Below the pieces are notes generated by a model. The model made no database searches. It worked only from the letters and a program-made list of their open reading frames with translations, and had not been told where the DNA came from. Source: Eubacteriales bacterium (lineage in GTDB: Bacteria > Bacillota > Clostridia > Oscillospirales > CAG-272). Taken from it: a stretch of DNA of 64,000 nt. This document shows positions 23,638 through 33,378 of the stretch, in pieces. Made by a program: the position numbers and the translations under genes. The stretch covers positions 25-64,024 of the forward strand of contig JAZORZ010000046.1 in NCBI GenBank assembly GCA_045656885.1, in the 5' to 3' direction. Position 1 is the first letter of the stretch. The number at the start of each line of letters is the position of its first letter.

Positions 23638-25398
23638 ATGAAAAAACTGAGTTTTTTGTTAGCAATCATTCTGCTGTTATCTGTACCGCTAATGACGGCA
23701 TGCAAGCGTCAAGTCCCACCACAAGAGACACCGCAGGTACAAACAACAACCGAAGCCACTACACCGCCCGTTATCGATCAACCCGTGGTGCATGCAAGCA
23801 TTTCGGCGGAGCAGTTGGCAAGCTATGAGATCATCTATGCAAAAGACTCCTCAAAGGAAGTCAAAACGGCTCTGCAAGCCATTCCGAATATTCTTTTTGA
23901 TGCCTACGGAGTCATTCTCAATCAACGCTCCGACCTCTTTTACGAGGGCGTTGCATCCTTGGCAAAGGGGCAGTATGAAATTCTCATCGGCCAAACCAAC
24001 CGCGAGGAGAGTGCAACCTTCCTTTCCAATCTGAAATGGGACGATTACGGTTACGGCATTGTTGGCGATAAGCTCGTCATCGCAGGCAAAAACGAGGACG
24101 GCACGCTCAAGGCACTGCGTGCATTCCTTGCGCACATCGAAGGGAATACGGATGAAGTGTTCTTCACCAACCAAAATCAACTGCTTGTGCAAAAGCAATA
24201 CCCCTATCAAAACATCACGATCAACGGCATTGCGGCAACCGATCTTGCTATTCTTTGTAACGAGGAGGAGCTTGGCGGTTTGGCGCAAATTATCCGCGAT
24301 GCTATCATCGAGTCATGCGGCATTGCCGTGCCGATCGTAACCGATAGCCCCGAGGATAGCGTGCAAAATAAAATCGTCATCGGGCACACCAATATGATCT
24401 TCATTGATCCCGCACCCGAAGACATTATCTATCCCACAGGCAAGGAGTTTTACATCAGTCAGTTTGCAGGCGGCATTTTTGTTGATGCCAACACATCAGC
24501 GGGATATTATTCTGCCGCTTCGTACATAGTCACATCGATTTCTCCCGATTGCAAGGGCAGTGACGTTGTTGTGCTCGAGCAAGGAAAACACATGGGCAAG
24601 GATGCACTCCCCGTAATGAGCTTTAACCTGATGGCGGGCTCGCAAAGCAATCCTGAGTCCAAGCGTCTTGACGCCGTTGTAGAGATCATTCTCAAATACC
24701 GTCCTGCAGTCGTTGGTGTGCAAGAGGCGACCGACACTTGGATCGCTCTTTTGAATCAACGCCTTGGTGACATTTACACCATCGTAGGTGACGGCAGAAA
24801 TGAAACAAGGGGAGACGAGCACAGTGCCATTCTGTATATCACCGCAGAGTTTGATTGCATCGAGAGCGGAACAAAGTGGCTCTCCGATACCCCCGACGTT
24901 CCGGGTTCTAAATTTGCAGAATCCGATTACACGCGCATCATGACCTACGTGCACCTCTCTCGCAAGAGTGACGGCCGAGAATTTTTGCACGTCAATACAC
25001 ATCTTGATTACGGCACGACCGATGCAAAAGAAGCCGTAAAGGTCGAACAAATGGAGGTGCTTTTCCGCGAGATCGGAAAATTCTCTTACCTTCCCACCGT
25101 TATCACGGGTGACTTTAACGCTACGGTTGATTCTCCTGTATACAACCGAATTCAGCAAGAAGGATACCACAATTTCGGCGCCGAATTTCTCGAAACGTCC
25201 CCCACCTATCACGGCCTTATGGGTACCACGGGCGAGCCCAGCCACATTGATTTCATTCTTTACAACGGTCGAATATACAATGATTACTACTTGATGGATA
25301 TGTATTACCGCATTTGCAACGAGCGTGTAGATAACGAAAACGTATCTGACCACTATCCCATTTTAACCGTTTTGTATTTCTCCCCCACAGGGAAATAA
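23638..25398 (+). CDS. Lipoprotein with an N-terminal duplicated alpha/beta region and a C-terminal EEP domain, paralog 1
   Basis: Signal/lipobox MKKLSFLLAIILLLSVPLMTAC. EEP motifs: MSFNL, VGVQE, VNTHLD, TGDFN, SDHYP. Confidence 0.88.
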   Translation: MKKLSFLLAIILLLSVPLMTACKRQVPPQETPQVQTTTEATTPPVIDQPVVHASISAEQLASYEIIYAKDSSKEVKTALQAIPNILFDAYGVILNQRSDLFYEGVASLAKGQYEILIGQTNREESATFLSNLKWDDYGYGIVGDKLVIAGKNEDGTLKALRAFLAHIEGNTDEVFFTNQNQLLVQKQYPYQNITINGIAATDLAILCNEEELGGLAQIIRDAIIESCGIAVPIVTDSPEDSVQNKIVIGHTNMIFIDPAPEDIIYPTGKEFYISQFAGGIFVDANTSAGYYSAASYIVTSISPDCKGSDVVVLEQGKHMGKDALPVMSFNLMAGSQSNPESKRLDAVVEIILKYRPAVVGVQEATDTWIALLNQRLGDIYTIVGDGRNETRGDEHSAILYITAEFDCIESGTKWLSDTPDVPGSKFAESDYTRIMTYVHLSRKSDGREFLHVNTHLDYGTTDAKEAVKVEQMEVLFREIGKFSYLPTVITGDFNATVDSPVYNRIQQEGYHNFGAEFLETSPTYHGLMGTTGEPSHIDFILYNGRIYNDYYLMDMYYRICNERVDNENVSDHYPILTVLYFSPTGK

Positions 25399-25418
25399 CG
25401 TAAAAGGAACTTTGAGGT

Positions 25419-27236
25419 ATGAAAAAAATCAGTTTTTTGATAGTTGTTTTAATGCTTGCGCAATGCTTCCTTTTGGTTGCATGCAATTCGAACGAGCATA
25501 TTCAAAATGAGACTACACCGGATTTGACTACCTCCACCTCAACCACGCCCAACGGAACGGCGCCTCAAGAAACGACGCCTCAAGAAACGACACCTGAAGT
25601 AACGACTCCCGAGCAAATCGATCCTGTTGGCCCCTATGCTGACGCGCAAATTGAGGCAACTGACATTTCCAAATACACGCTCATTTATGCACAACTCAAT
25701 TCTCAATCGGTCGTCGATCAGCTTTTGCAGATTCAAGCGCAAATAGCAGCTATGTATGGCAATGAGCTTAGCGCTCAAACCGATGACTGCTCGGTTAGTG
25801 ATTTTGAAATTCTGATCGGTGATACCAACCGCGAAGAGAGCAAGAGCTTTTTGCAAGGACTTCTTTTTGAAGACTACGGCTATGCGATCATTGGCAACAA
25901 GATCGTCATTGCGGGAAACACCATGCAGGGAACCGTTAATGCGGCAAAGCTGTTTTTGGAGCATTTGAAGGACGGCGACCACAGCGAGGTATTCTTCAGC
26001 AATCAAAACCAATATCTCTATCGCCACCCTTATACGCATGATTCGTTTGTTATTAACGGTATCGATGCATCGCGCGCAAAGCTCGTTGTAAACACAGAGG
26101 GAGCTGATATGCAAATTGCAAAGAGCATTGCCTACAAGTCGCTGGAGCTTTGCGGTCGCACTCCCCAAATCGTTACCGATGCAGAGGTTTCTTCTCAAGA
26201 TACCTTGATCATTGTAGGCGCCTCTCTCCACGTTCCCGCGGCTATGCAAGCCGAGTGGAATACCGCAAAGGCAAGCGGCGGATGGGCGTATTCCTATTAC
26301 ATAGGCAGTAACAATACCGTTGTTTGGATCAACACCGACACGCAGGAGGGATATAACGCTTTGAATTACAATGTTATTTCTTCGATCAATGCGACTGCAG
26401 GTGCAAGCCTGCAGCTTGACACAGGACTTGTTCAAGTACCGCCGACCTTCTCGGTTATGAGCTTTAACGTTTACGTCAGCTCCTTCAATGCGGCGCGTAC
26501 ACAACGAGTTCTCGATACGATTTTGGAGAACGCTCCGTCTGTATTTGGCGTACAAGAAGCAAGCGTTGCATGGATGAACGCATTGAATAGCGGCTTGGGC
26601 GATATTTATGCCACTGTTGGCGTAGGTCGCGATGGCGTTGGCGTAGGCGAGCACAGTGCTATCTTTTACCGCAAGGATCAGTTCACCTTGATTGAAAGCG
26701 GTACAAAATGGCTCTCCTATACGCCTGATGTGGTCGCTTCCAAGCTTTCGCAGGCAAATTACCCCCGTATTATGACGTATGCTGTTTTGGAACGAAATTG
26801 TGATGGCGTTCAATTCCTTTACGTCAACACGCACCTTGATCATGACGGCAAAAACGGCATTGAAGGTGGAGAAAAGGTAAGACAAGAGCAGATCGAAATT
26901 TTGATCGCCGAGATCAACAAGCTTGGTAACTACCCAACGATCGTAACGGGTGACTTCAACGTTACACAAGAGGCATCGGCTTACACAACCATGATAGCCA
27001 ATGGATTTATTGACGCATCCCGCGTTTCCAAGGCGGGTGAGAAAAAGCCCACTTATAACGGCATGAACGATAACTATGAGGGCGTTACCATCGACTATAT
27101 TTTTGTTTCGGGCTCCTTGGCAAACTCTGTAGATGCCTACACCGTTTGCCCCGCAAAGAGAAACGATGAGTGGGTATCCGACCACAATGCCATTGTTGCA
27201 ACAATCACGTTACCGATTCCCACAACCCAAAAATAA
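25419..27236 (+). CDS. Lipoprotein with a C-terminal EEP domain, paralog 2
   Basis: Signal/lipobox ...FLLVAC and a TPQET-repeat linker. EEP motifs: MSFNV, FGVQE, VNTHLDH, TGDFN, SDHNA. Confidence 0.88.
   Translation: MKKISFLIVVLMLAQCFLLVACNSNEHIQNETTPDLTTSTSTTPNGTAPQETTPQETTPEVTTPEQIDPVGPYADAQIEATDISKYTLIYAQLNSQSVVDQLLQIQAQIAAMYGNELSAQTDDCSVSDFEILIGDTNREESKSFLQGLLFEDYGYAIIGNKIVIAGNTMQGTVNAAKLFLEHLKDGDHSEVFFSNQNQYLYRHPYTHDSFVINGIDASRAKLVVNTEGADMQIAKSIAYKSLELCGRTPQIVTDAEVSSQDTLIIVGASLHVPAAMQAEWNTAKASGGWAYSYYIGSNNTVVWINTDTQEGYNALNYNVISSINATAGASLQLDTGLVQVPPTFSVMSFNVYVSSFNAARTQRVLDTILENAPSVFGVQEASVAWMNALNSGLGDIYATVGVGRDGVGVGEHSAIFYRKDQFTLIESGTKWLSYTPDVVASKLSQANYPRIMTYAVLERNCDGVQFLYVNTHLDHDGKNGIEGGEKVRQEQIEILIAEINKLGNYPTIVTGDFNVTQEASAYTTMIANGFIDASRVSKAGEKKPTYNGMNDNYEGVTIDYIFVSGSLANSVDAYTVCPAKRNDEWVSDHNAIVATITLPIPTTQK
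25563..25607 (+). repeat. 3 x 15-bp in-frame tandem repeat (TPQET/TPQET/TPEVT linker)
   Basis: CCTCAAGAAACGACG twice, followed by CCTGAAGTAACGACT. Confidence 0.85.
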
Positions 27237-27315
27237 AACAAGCAGCATACATCAGCATCCGGCTTTTGGAGCTTGCTCTCCAATCCGACAAAATGTAAAA
27301 AAGGAGTAAACGGAT

Positions 27316-29103
27316 ATGAAAAAAGTGAGTTTACTGTTGGCAGTTTTAATGCTTATGCAATGCTTCTTTTTAGTAGCTTGCAACTCCAATAAAAACCAGG
27401 AAACCACTCCCGAGGTAACCTCTTTCGAGGCGACCACCCCTGCCGAAGCACCGGTAGAGCCCGATAACAGCATTAAAATTTTGGCGGCTGATATTTCCAA
27501 ATACAATCTCATTTGTGCACAGCGCACCCCTGCCAACATCATGAGCCAGTTCTGGCAGCTGCAGTCGCAGATCAAAAAGATGTATGGCACAGAACCTCTT
27601 GCCGAAACCGATTATTTGGAAGAGATCGAGTTTGAGATCCTCGTTGGTGCTACCAACCGTAAAGAGAGCCAAGATTTTTTATCGGGGCTTCTTTGGGACG
27701 ACTACGGCTACACCATTGTGGGCAACAAAATCGTTATCGCGGGTCACACCGCCGAAGGTACGCTCTCTGCTATTAAGCTTTTCTTGGAGCACATTAAGGC
27801 GGGGGACCACACCGAGGTATTCTTCAGCAACAAAAATCAGTATTTGTTCTGTTACCCTTACGTTTCCGATACCTTCCTTATCAACGGCATTGACGTTTCT
27901 CGCGCAAAGATCGTTGTTAACGGTGGGGGAAGTGACAAGCAGATCGCACAGATCCTTTCCGATAAATCCCTGGAGCTTTGCGGTCGCCGCCCCGAGATCA
28001 TCACCGATGCCGAGGTGACAGAAGGGGATAAGCTGATCGTCATTGGTTCGTCTGCACACGTTCCTGCTGCAATGCAAACAGAATGGGACGCCGCGCAGGA
28101 AACAATCGAGGGACAGTTCTCTTACTACATCAACAACACAGCGGATATTCTGTGGATTCATACCATCGTTCTTGAGGGTTACAGTGCCATCAACCGTAAT
28201 ATTTTGCCGTTGGTACAATCCAACTCCACGGCAACACTCACACTCGAAACAGGACTTGTCAAGGTTCCTCAGATTTTCTCTGTAATGAGCTTTAATGTTT
28301 TTGTAAGCTATGCAGATGCTGCACGCAAGCAGCGTGTTATCGATACCATTCTCGAAAACACACCGTCTGTATTTGGTGTACAGGAGGCGAGCGTTGACTG
28401 GATGAACACCCTCAAAAAGGGACTTGGCGATGTTTATACCGCTGTTGGTGAAGGCCGCGACGGTGGAAATAACGGTGAATACAGTGCTATCTTTTATCGC
28501 ACCGATAAGTTTACTCTGATTGAAAGCGGTACAAAGTGGCTTTCTGACACTCCCAACACGGTGGCTTCCTACTATACCTATAAGGATCCCGAAACAAACA
28601 TCGTACACCGTGCAAACTTCCCGCGCATTATGACCTATGCTGTTTTGGAACGTAAGAATGACGGTGTGCGTTTCATCTACGTCAACACGCACCTTGACCA
28701 CAACGGTAACAACAGTGTAGAAGTTGCGGAACAAGTGAGACAAGGACAAATCGAAGTTCTGCTTGCCCAAATTGAAGAACTCAGAACCAAGTTTGGCAAC
28801 CTGCCCACTGTTGTAACGGGTGACTTTAACGTTACTCCCGAAGCAACTGCCTACACCACAATGATTGGTGCGGGCTTCCTCGATTCCTCACACGTTGCAA
28901 AAGAGGGGGAAATCAAACCCACCTATAATGATAGGAACGACAGTTATGAAGGTGCTATCATCGACTACATCTTTGTATCTCCCGAGCTTGTAAGCGCAGT
29001 TGATACCTACACCGTTTGCCCGGCAAAGAGAGACGGACAGTGGATCTCCGACCACAACGCAATCATTGCAACCATTACGATGCCCGTTCCCGAAGCCGAA
29101 TAA
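27316..29103 (+). CDS. Lipoprotein with a C-terminal EEP domain, paralog 3
   Basis: Signal/lipobox ...FFLVAC. Roughly 60-65 percent identical by eye to paralog 2 across the EEP domain, with the same catalytic motifs. Confidence 0.88.
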   Translation: MKKVSLLLAVLMLMQCFFLVACNSNKNQETTPEVTSFEATTPAEAPVEPDNSIKILAADISKYNLICAQRTPANIMSQFWQLQSQIKKMYGTEPLAETDYLEEIEFEILVGATNRKESQDFLSGLLWDDYGYTIVGNKIVIAGHTAEGTLSAIKLFLEHIKAGDHTEVFFSNKNQYLFCYPYVSDTFLINGIDVSRAKIVVNGGGSDKQIAQILSDKSLELCGRRPEIITDAEVTEGDKLIVIGSSAHVPAAMQTEWDAAQETIEGQFSYYINNTADILWIHTIVLEGYSAINRNILPLVQSNSTATLTLETGLVKVPQIFSVMSFNVFVSYADAARKQRVIDTILENTPSVFGVQEASVDWMNTLKKGLGDVYTAVGEGRDGGNNGEYSAIFYRTDKFTLIESGTKWLSDTPNTVASYYTYKDPETNIVHRANFPRIMTYAVLERKNDGVRFIYVNTHLDHNGNNSVEVAEQVRQGQIEVLLAQIEELRTKFGNLPTVVTGDFNVTPEATAYTTMIGAGFLDSSHVAKEGEIKPTYNDRNDSYEGAIIDYIFVSPELVSAVDTYTVCPAKRDGQWISDHNAIIATITMPVPEAE

Positions 29104-29116
29104 AATGAACACATTT

Positions 29117-29160
29117 GCGCGTTCCCCAAACCGCTGGGGAACGCGCATTTTTTGTTTTTT
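29117..29160 (+). terminator. Intrinsic terminator after the EEP triplet
   Basis: GCGCGTTCCCC-aaaccgct-GGGGAACGCGC followed by ATTTTTTGTTTTTT. Confidence 0.85.
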
Positions 29161-29277
29161 ATCTTCCCATAAATAAAAATTCTATCGCGCTTTGACGTTT
29201 TTTGTGCAATTTTGCTCTTGTTACGGGTAGAAAAATGTGCTATACTGTTGCCAAAGATCATTTTGGAGGTTTTTGCT

Positions 29278-30363
29278 ATGAAAGTAAAAGAAACTCTCAA
29301 AAAATACGCAAAGCGTTATTTTATCGATGCTATGAGCGCTATGGCACTCGGTTTGTTCGCATCTCTGCTCATTGGTACTATCTTCAACGCCATTGGCATG
29401 ATTCCGGGTCTTTCGGTCATGTCCGACATCGGCAAGGGCGCGCAAGGCGTTGCGGGCGCGGCAATGGCGGTAGCGATTGCACTTTCCCTTAAGGCAGACC
29501 CTCTCGTGGTATTCACCTGCGCGGCAGTCGGGCAGATCGCCAACACAAGCGGCGGGGCAGGGGGCCCTTTGGCAGTTCTCTTTATTGCCATCATCGCCGC
29601 CGAGGTCGGCATGCTCGTGTCGAAAAAGACCAAGGTTGATATTCTCGTCACGCCTTTTGTCACCCTTCTCGTAGGTGGACTTCTCGCGGTTTATTGCGCC
29701 CCTTACATTGGAAAAGTGGTTGGATACGTTAGCGACTTTATCGGCTGGGCGACCACGCAACAGCCCTTCCTCATGGGCATTATCGTCTCGGTCGTTGTTG
29801 GTGTAGCTCTCACACTTCCCATCAGCTCGGCGGCTATCTGTGCGGCAATTTACCTCTCGGGTATGCCTGCATTCAACGCCGCAGGCGAGCTCATCGCGCG
29901 CGACTACGCAGGACTTGCCCTTGCAGGCGGCGCCGCCGTTGCGGGATGCTGTGCACAAATGGTCGGCTTTGCCGTTATGAGCTTTAAGGAGAACAAATGG
30001 GGAGGTCTTGTCTCGCAAGGGCTTGGCACAAGTATGCTGCAGATGCCTAACATCATCAAAAACCCCCGTATCTGGATCCCCGCAACGCTCACAAGCGCCA
30101 TCACAGGCCCACTTGCCACCTGCGTTTTCGGTGTAAAAATGTACGGTGCGGCAATCAATTCCGGTATGGGAACCTGTGGTTTGCTTGGCCCCATCGGCAT
30201 CATTCTCGGCTGGTTCGGTGGCAACTATCCTGCAGAGATCACCGCATTCGATTGGATCGGACTTGTGCTCATCTGCTTCATTCTCCCGGCAATTCTGACA
30301 CTTCTGTTCAGTGAAATCCTTTACAAAATCAAATGGATCAAAGATGGCGACCTAACACTCTAA
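29278..30363 (+). CDS. PTS EIIC-like (PTS_EIIC_2 family) polytopic membrane protein
   Basis: About 361 aa, glycine- and alanine-rich, multi-TM. MKVKETLKKYAKRYFIDAMSAMALGLFASLLIGTIF.... GGAGG lies 8 nt upstream of the ATG at 29278. The family assignment is from memory. Confidence 0.6.
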   Translation: MKVKETLKKYAKRYFIDAMSAMALGLFASLLIGTIFNAIGMIPGLSVMSDIGKGAQGVAGAAMAVAIALSLKADPLVVFTCAAVGQIANTSGGAGGPLAVLFIAIIAAEVGMLVSKKTKVDILVTPFVTLLVGGLLAVYCAPYIGKVVGYVSDFIGWATTQQPFLMGIIVSVVVGVALTLPISSAAICAAIYLSGMPAFNAAGELIARDYAGLALAGGAAVAGCCAQMVGFAVMSFKENKWGGLVSQGLGTSMLQMPNIIKNPRIWIPATLTSAITGPLATCVFGVKMYGAAINSGMGTCGLLGPIGIILGWFGGNYPAEITAFDWIGLVLICFILPAILTLLFSEILYKIKWIKDGDLTL

Positions 30364-30386
30364 TAAAACGTTTCGAGGTGAATAAA

Positions 30387-31526
30387 ATGAATAACAAACA
30401 AGAAAAAAAGAAAAGCAAACTCACAACGTACGCACTCTTGGCGTTTAACATCGCACTCTATTTCATCCCTTGTTGGGTAGCAATTCGCTATATTTCTCCC
30501 TTAGATATCAATCCCATACTTTTCTTTGTGGGCTTCATCGCTGCGGTGTATGCGGCATTTATTTTCCACATTATCATTCACGAGGGCGGACACTTGGTGT
30601 TTGGTCTACTCACGGGCTACCGCTTCAGCTCTTTTCGCATTTTTTCCTTTATGTGGGTAAAAGAAGGGGAGAGTATCAAATTCAAACGCCATAGCATTGT
30701 AGGCACGGGCGGACAATGCCTGATGAGCCCTCCCGACATCAAAAACGGAGAAATGCCGGTTGTTTGGTATAACCTTGGCGGCTCTTTGATGAATATCATC
30801 TTCTCCACAATTTTCCTTGTTTGCTTCTTTCTTTTAAATAGCGTTTCCGTGCTGTCGGGAATTCTCCTCTTGCTCGCGCTTTTCGGCTATTCGCTTGCCA
30901 TCCTCAACGGTGTGCCCATGCGTATGGGTGCTATTGATAACGACGGCTACAACGCCATCTCTCTCACCAAAGATGCCACGGCACGCGAGGCGTTTTGGAT
31001 GCAAATGAAAGTTGTTGAGGAGACCACCAAGGGCGTGCGTCTGCGCGATATGCCTGCCGATTGGTTCACCGTACCCGAGGACGAGGCAATGAAAAACAGT
31101 ATGGTCGCGGCACGCGGTGTGTTTGCTTGTAATCGTCTCATGGACGAAGAACGCTTCGCAGAAGCCGATGAACTGATGGCACATATGCTCGAAATTGAGA
31201 GCGGAATGGTAGGATTGCACCGTAGCATTCTCATCTGCGAGCGCATCTACGTGGAGCTCATCACCCAAAACCGCCGAGAGGTTATTGAAGAAAAGCTCAC
31301 CAAAAACCTGCAAAGCTTTATGAAGGCAATGAAGGATAACCCCTCCATTCTCCGCACGCAGTACGCCATCGCCTTGCTCCACGAGAACGACAAAGCCAAA
31401 GCAGAAACCATCAAAGCGCAGTTTGAAAAGCGCGCCAAAACTTATCCCTATCCCCACGAAATCGCCCCCGAACGCGACCTGATGGCAATTGCGGATGCCA
31501 AGTATCAAGAAGGCGAAAATGCTTAA
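30387..31526 (+). CDS. Membrane zinc metalloprotease (M50/site-2-protease-like) with a C-terminal helical domain
   Basis: HEGGH (HExxH) sits in a TM helix. A second motif LNGVPMRMGAIDNDGYN resembles the M50 NxxPxxxxDG motif. GAGGTG lies upstream of the ATG at 30387. Confidence 0.65.
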   Translation: MNNKQEKKKSKLTTYALLAFNIALYFIPCWVAIRYISPLDINPILFFVGFIAAVYAAFIFHIIIHEGGHLVFGLLTGYRFSSFRIFSFMWVKEGESIKFKRHSIVGTGGQCLMSPPDIKNGEMPVVWYNLGGSLMNIIFSTIFLVCFFLLNSVSVLSGILLLLALFGYSLAILNGVPMRMGAIDNDGYNAISLTKDATAREAFWMQMKVVEETTKGVRLRDMPADWFTVPEDEAMKNSMVAARGVFACNRLMDEERFAEADELMAHMLEIESGMVGLHRSILICERIYVELITQNRREVIEEKLTKNLQSFMKAMKDNPSILRTQYAIALLHENDKAKAETIKAQFEKRAKTYPYPHEIAPERDLMAIADAKYQEGENA

Positions 31527-31541
31527 AAGGAGCGTGACAAC

Positions 31542-31811
31542 ATGGATTTTTTGATTGAACTCGTATTAGAGTTTTATTTGGAATTGATGTTTATGGTTGT
31601 TCCAACAGAAAATGTAACCAAAAAAAGAAAAATATTGGCAAGTGTCATAGCCATTGTAATGGCAATTGGACTCCCTGCATTGTTCTTTTTGGGATTCAAA
31701 TTATCTCTCGATCAGGATAAGCCATGGGGCACGATGCTGATGATATTTTCGGGCGTCCTCATCGTATCGCAAATTATCGCGGGTGTTGTATTGCATGAAA
31801 TAAATGATTAA
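31542..31811 (+). CDS. Small hypothetical membrane protein (89 aa)
   Basis: Three hydrophobic segments, and AAAGGAG upstream. Confidence 0.6.
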   Translation: MDFLIELVLEFYLELMFMVVPTENVTKKRKILASVIAIVMAIGLPALFFLGFKLSLDQDKPWGTMLMIFSGVLIVSQIIAGVVLHEIND

Positions 31812-31826
31812 GTTCTTATAAAACCA

Positions 31827-31858
31827 AGGACGCCACCGCAGTGGCGTCCTTATTTATA
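31827..31858 (+). terminator. Intrinsic terminator
   Basis: AAGGACGCCAC-cgca-GTGGCGTCCTT followed by ATTTAT. Confidence 0.7.
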
Positions 31859-31888
31859 TAAAAAGGGGGAGAGTGACCTTTGCCATCG

Positions 31889-32066
31889 CAAATCAATTTT
31901 CTGAGCGCGCGGGGTCTTGGTGGTGCCCACGCGCTTGCGATAGCAAAAGCGAACCTTGCGTTCGCACCGACTGTCTATTAGTAAAGCAACGACTTATATA
32001 TATGATATATTTGCGAGAAAGTTTTTGAAGGGGTGTGGGGGAACTTTTCTCAAAAAGTTCCCCCAC
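31889..32066 (-). repeat. Structured repeat unit, copy 6 (reverse, solo), upstream of recA
   Basis: Terminal hairpin GTGGGGGAACTTTTtctcAAAAAGTTCCCCCAC at 32035-32066. In reverse complement, the internal features read ACAGTCGGTGC, GCGAAC-gcaag-GTTCGC, TTTTGCTATCGC and CACCACCAAGACCCC. Confidence 0.85.
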
Positions 32067-32175
32067 ATCTTTTTGCCAACTCTCTTTTTGGAAAATTGAC
32101 TCCTTAAAATGCCAACAAAAACCGAAAAATGCAAAATAAAATGCCAAAAACGGAAAAATATATTCCAAAAAGGTA

Positions 32176-32204
32176 TTGACAAGCGTCCCAAAATGGAGTA
32201 TAAT
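32176..32204 (+). promoter_or_regulatory. Sigma-A type promoter of recA
   Basis: TTGACA, 17 nt spacer, TATAAT. Confidence 0.65.
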
Positions 32205-32265
32205 AGGGACAGAAAAAATAAAAGGGAAAGCGGTGGCACTATCCACCGCGTGAAAGGATCATATT

Positions 32266-33378
32266 ATGGCATCTACGAAGAAAACAAAATTGGCAGTCCC
32301 CGCAGGACTTGACGCAGCAGGCAAGGCGCAGGCACTCAAAACCGCAATGACACAAATTGAGCGCGACTTTGGCGCGGGCTCTATTATGAAATTGGGAGAG
32401 AACTCCCACATGGAGGTGCAAGCCATTCACACTGGCTCTCTCTCCCTTGACCTCGCCCTGGGTATTGGCGGCGTTCCGCGCGGACGTATCGTTGAAATCT
32501 TTGGCCCCGAATCCTCGGGTAAAACCACCGTTGCTTTGCACATTTTGGCAGAGGTGCAAAAGTCGGGCGGCACGGCAGCGTTCATCGATGCCGAGCACGC
32601 ACTTGACCCCGTATATGCAAAGGCACTTGGCGTTGACATCAACGAGCTGCTCGTATCCCAACCCGACTGCGGTGAGGATGCACTCGAAATTTGCGAAGCT
32701 TTGGCCCGTTCGGGTGCGGTAGATGCAATTGTTATCGACTCGGTAGCCGCTCTCGTACCCCGTCAGGAAATTGAAGGCGATATGGGACAATCCATGGTCG
32801 GTGTTCAAGCAAGAATGATGTCGCAGGCAATGCGCAAGCTCTCGGGCGTTATCTCCAAGAGCAACTGCGTTGTTGTTTTCATTAACCAGATTCGTGAAAA
32901 GGTTGGCGTTATTTACGGCAATCCCGAAACCACGCCCGGCGGCCGCGCGCTCAAGTTCTTCGCATCGGTTCGTATCGACATTCGCAAGACCGAGCAGCTC
33001 AAGGACGGTAACGACGTTTACGGCAACCACGTCAAGTGCAAGATCGTTAAAAACAAGGTCGCACCGCCTTTCCGCGTAGCAGAATTTGATATTCTTTATG
33101 GCAAGGGCATCTCTCTTTCGGGCGAGATCATCGACTTTGCCATCGCTCTCGACGTCATTCAAAAGAGCGGCTCTTGGTTCTCCTACAACGGCGAGAGAAT
33201 CGGTCAGGGCAAGGACAACGTTCGCAAGCTCATCGAAAACACTCCCGATTTGATGAAGGAGATCGAAAACAAGGTTCGCGCGCTCAGCGAGCAAGCAAAA
33301 ATGACAATGGATCAGGATTTTGAGGTTGACGATGACGACGATGAAGATTTCGATCTTCGCCTCTCCGATGAAGAATAA
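32266..33378 (+). CDS. recA: Recombinase RecA
   Basis: ...[36 protein letters not shown]... contains the Walker A motif. The C-terminal tail is acidic. Confidence 0.97.
   Translation: MASTKKTKLAVPAGLDAAGKAQALKTAMTQIERDFGAGSIMKLGENSHMEVQAIHTGSLSLDLALGIGGVPRGRIVEIFGPESSGKTTVALHILAEVQKSGGTAAFIDAEHALDPVYAKALGVDINELLVSQPDCGEDALEICEALARSGAVDAIVIDSVAALVPRQEIEGDMGQSMVGVQARMMSQAMRKLSGVISKSNCVVVFINQIREKVGVIYGNPETTPGGRALKFFASVRIDIRKTEQLKDGNDVYGNHVKCKIVKNKVAPPFRVAEFDILYGKGISLSGEIIDFAIALDVIQKSGSWFSYNGERIGQGKDNVRKLIENTPDLMKEIENKVRALSEQAKMTMDQDFEVDDDDDEDFDLRLSDEE

Noticed and set aside
32035-32066. Reading the H1 hairpins (GGGGGAAC..GTTCCCCC) as LexA/Cheo boxes because they contain GAAC and GTTC.
   Set aside because: The half-sites are separated by about 12 nt, not 4. 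The same hairpin also occurs next to non-SOS genes.
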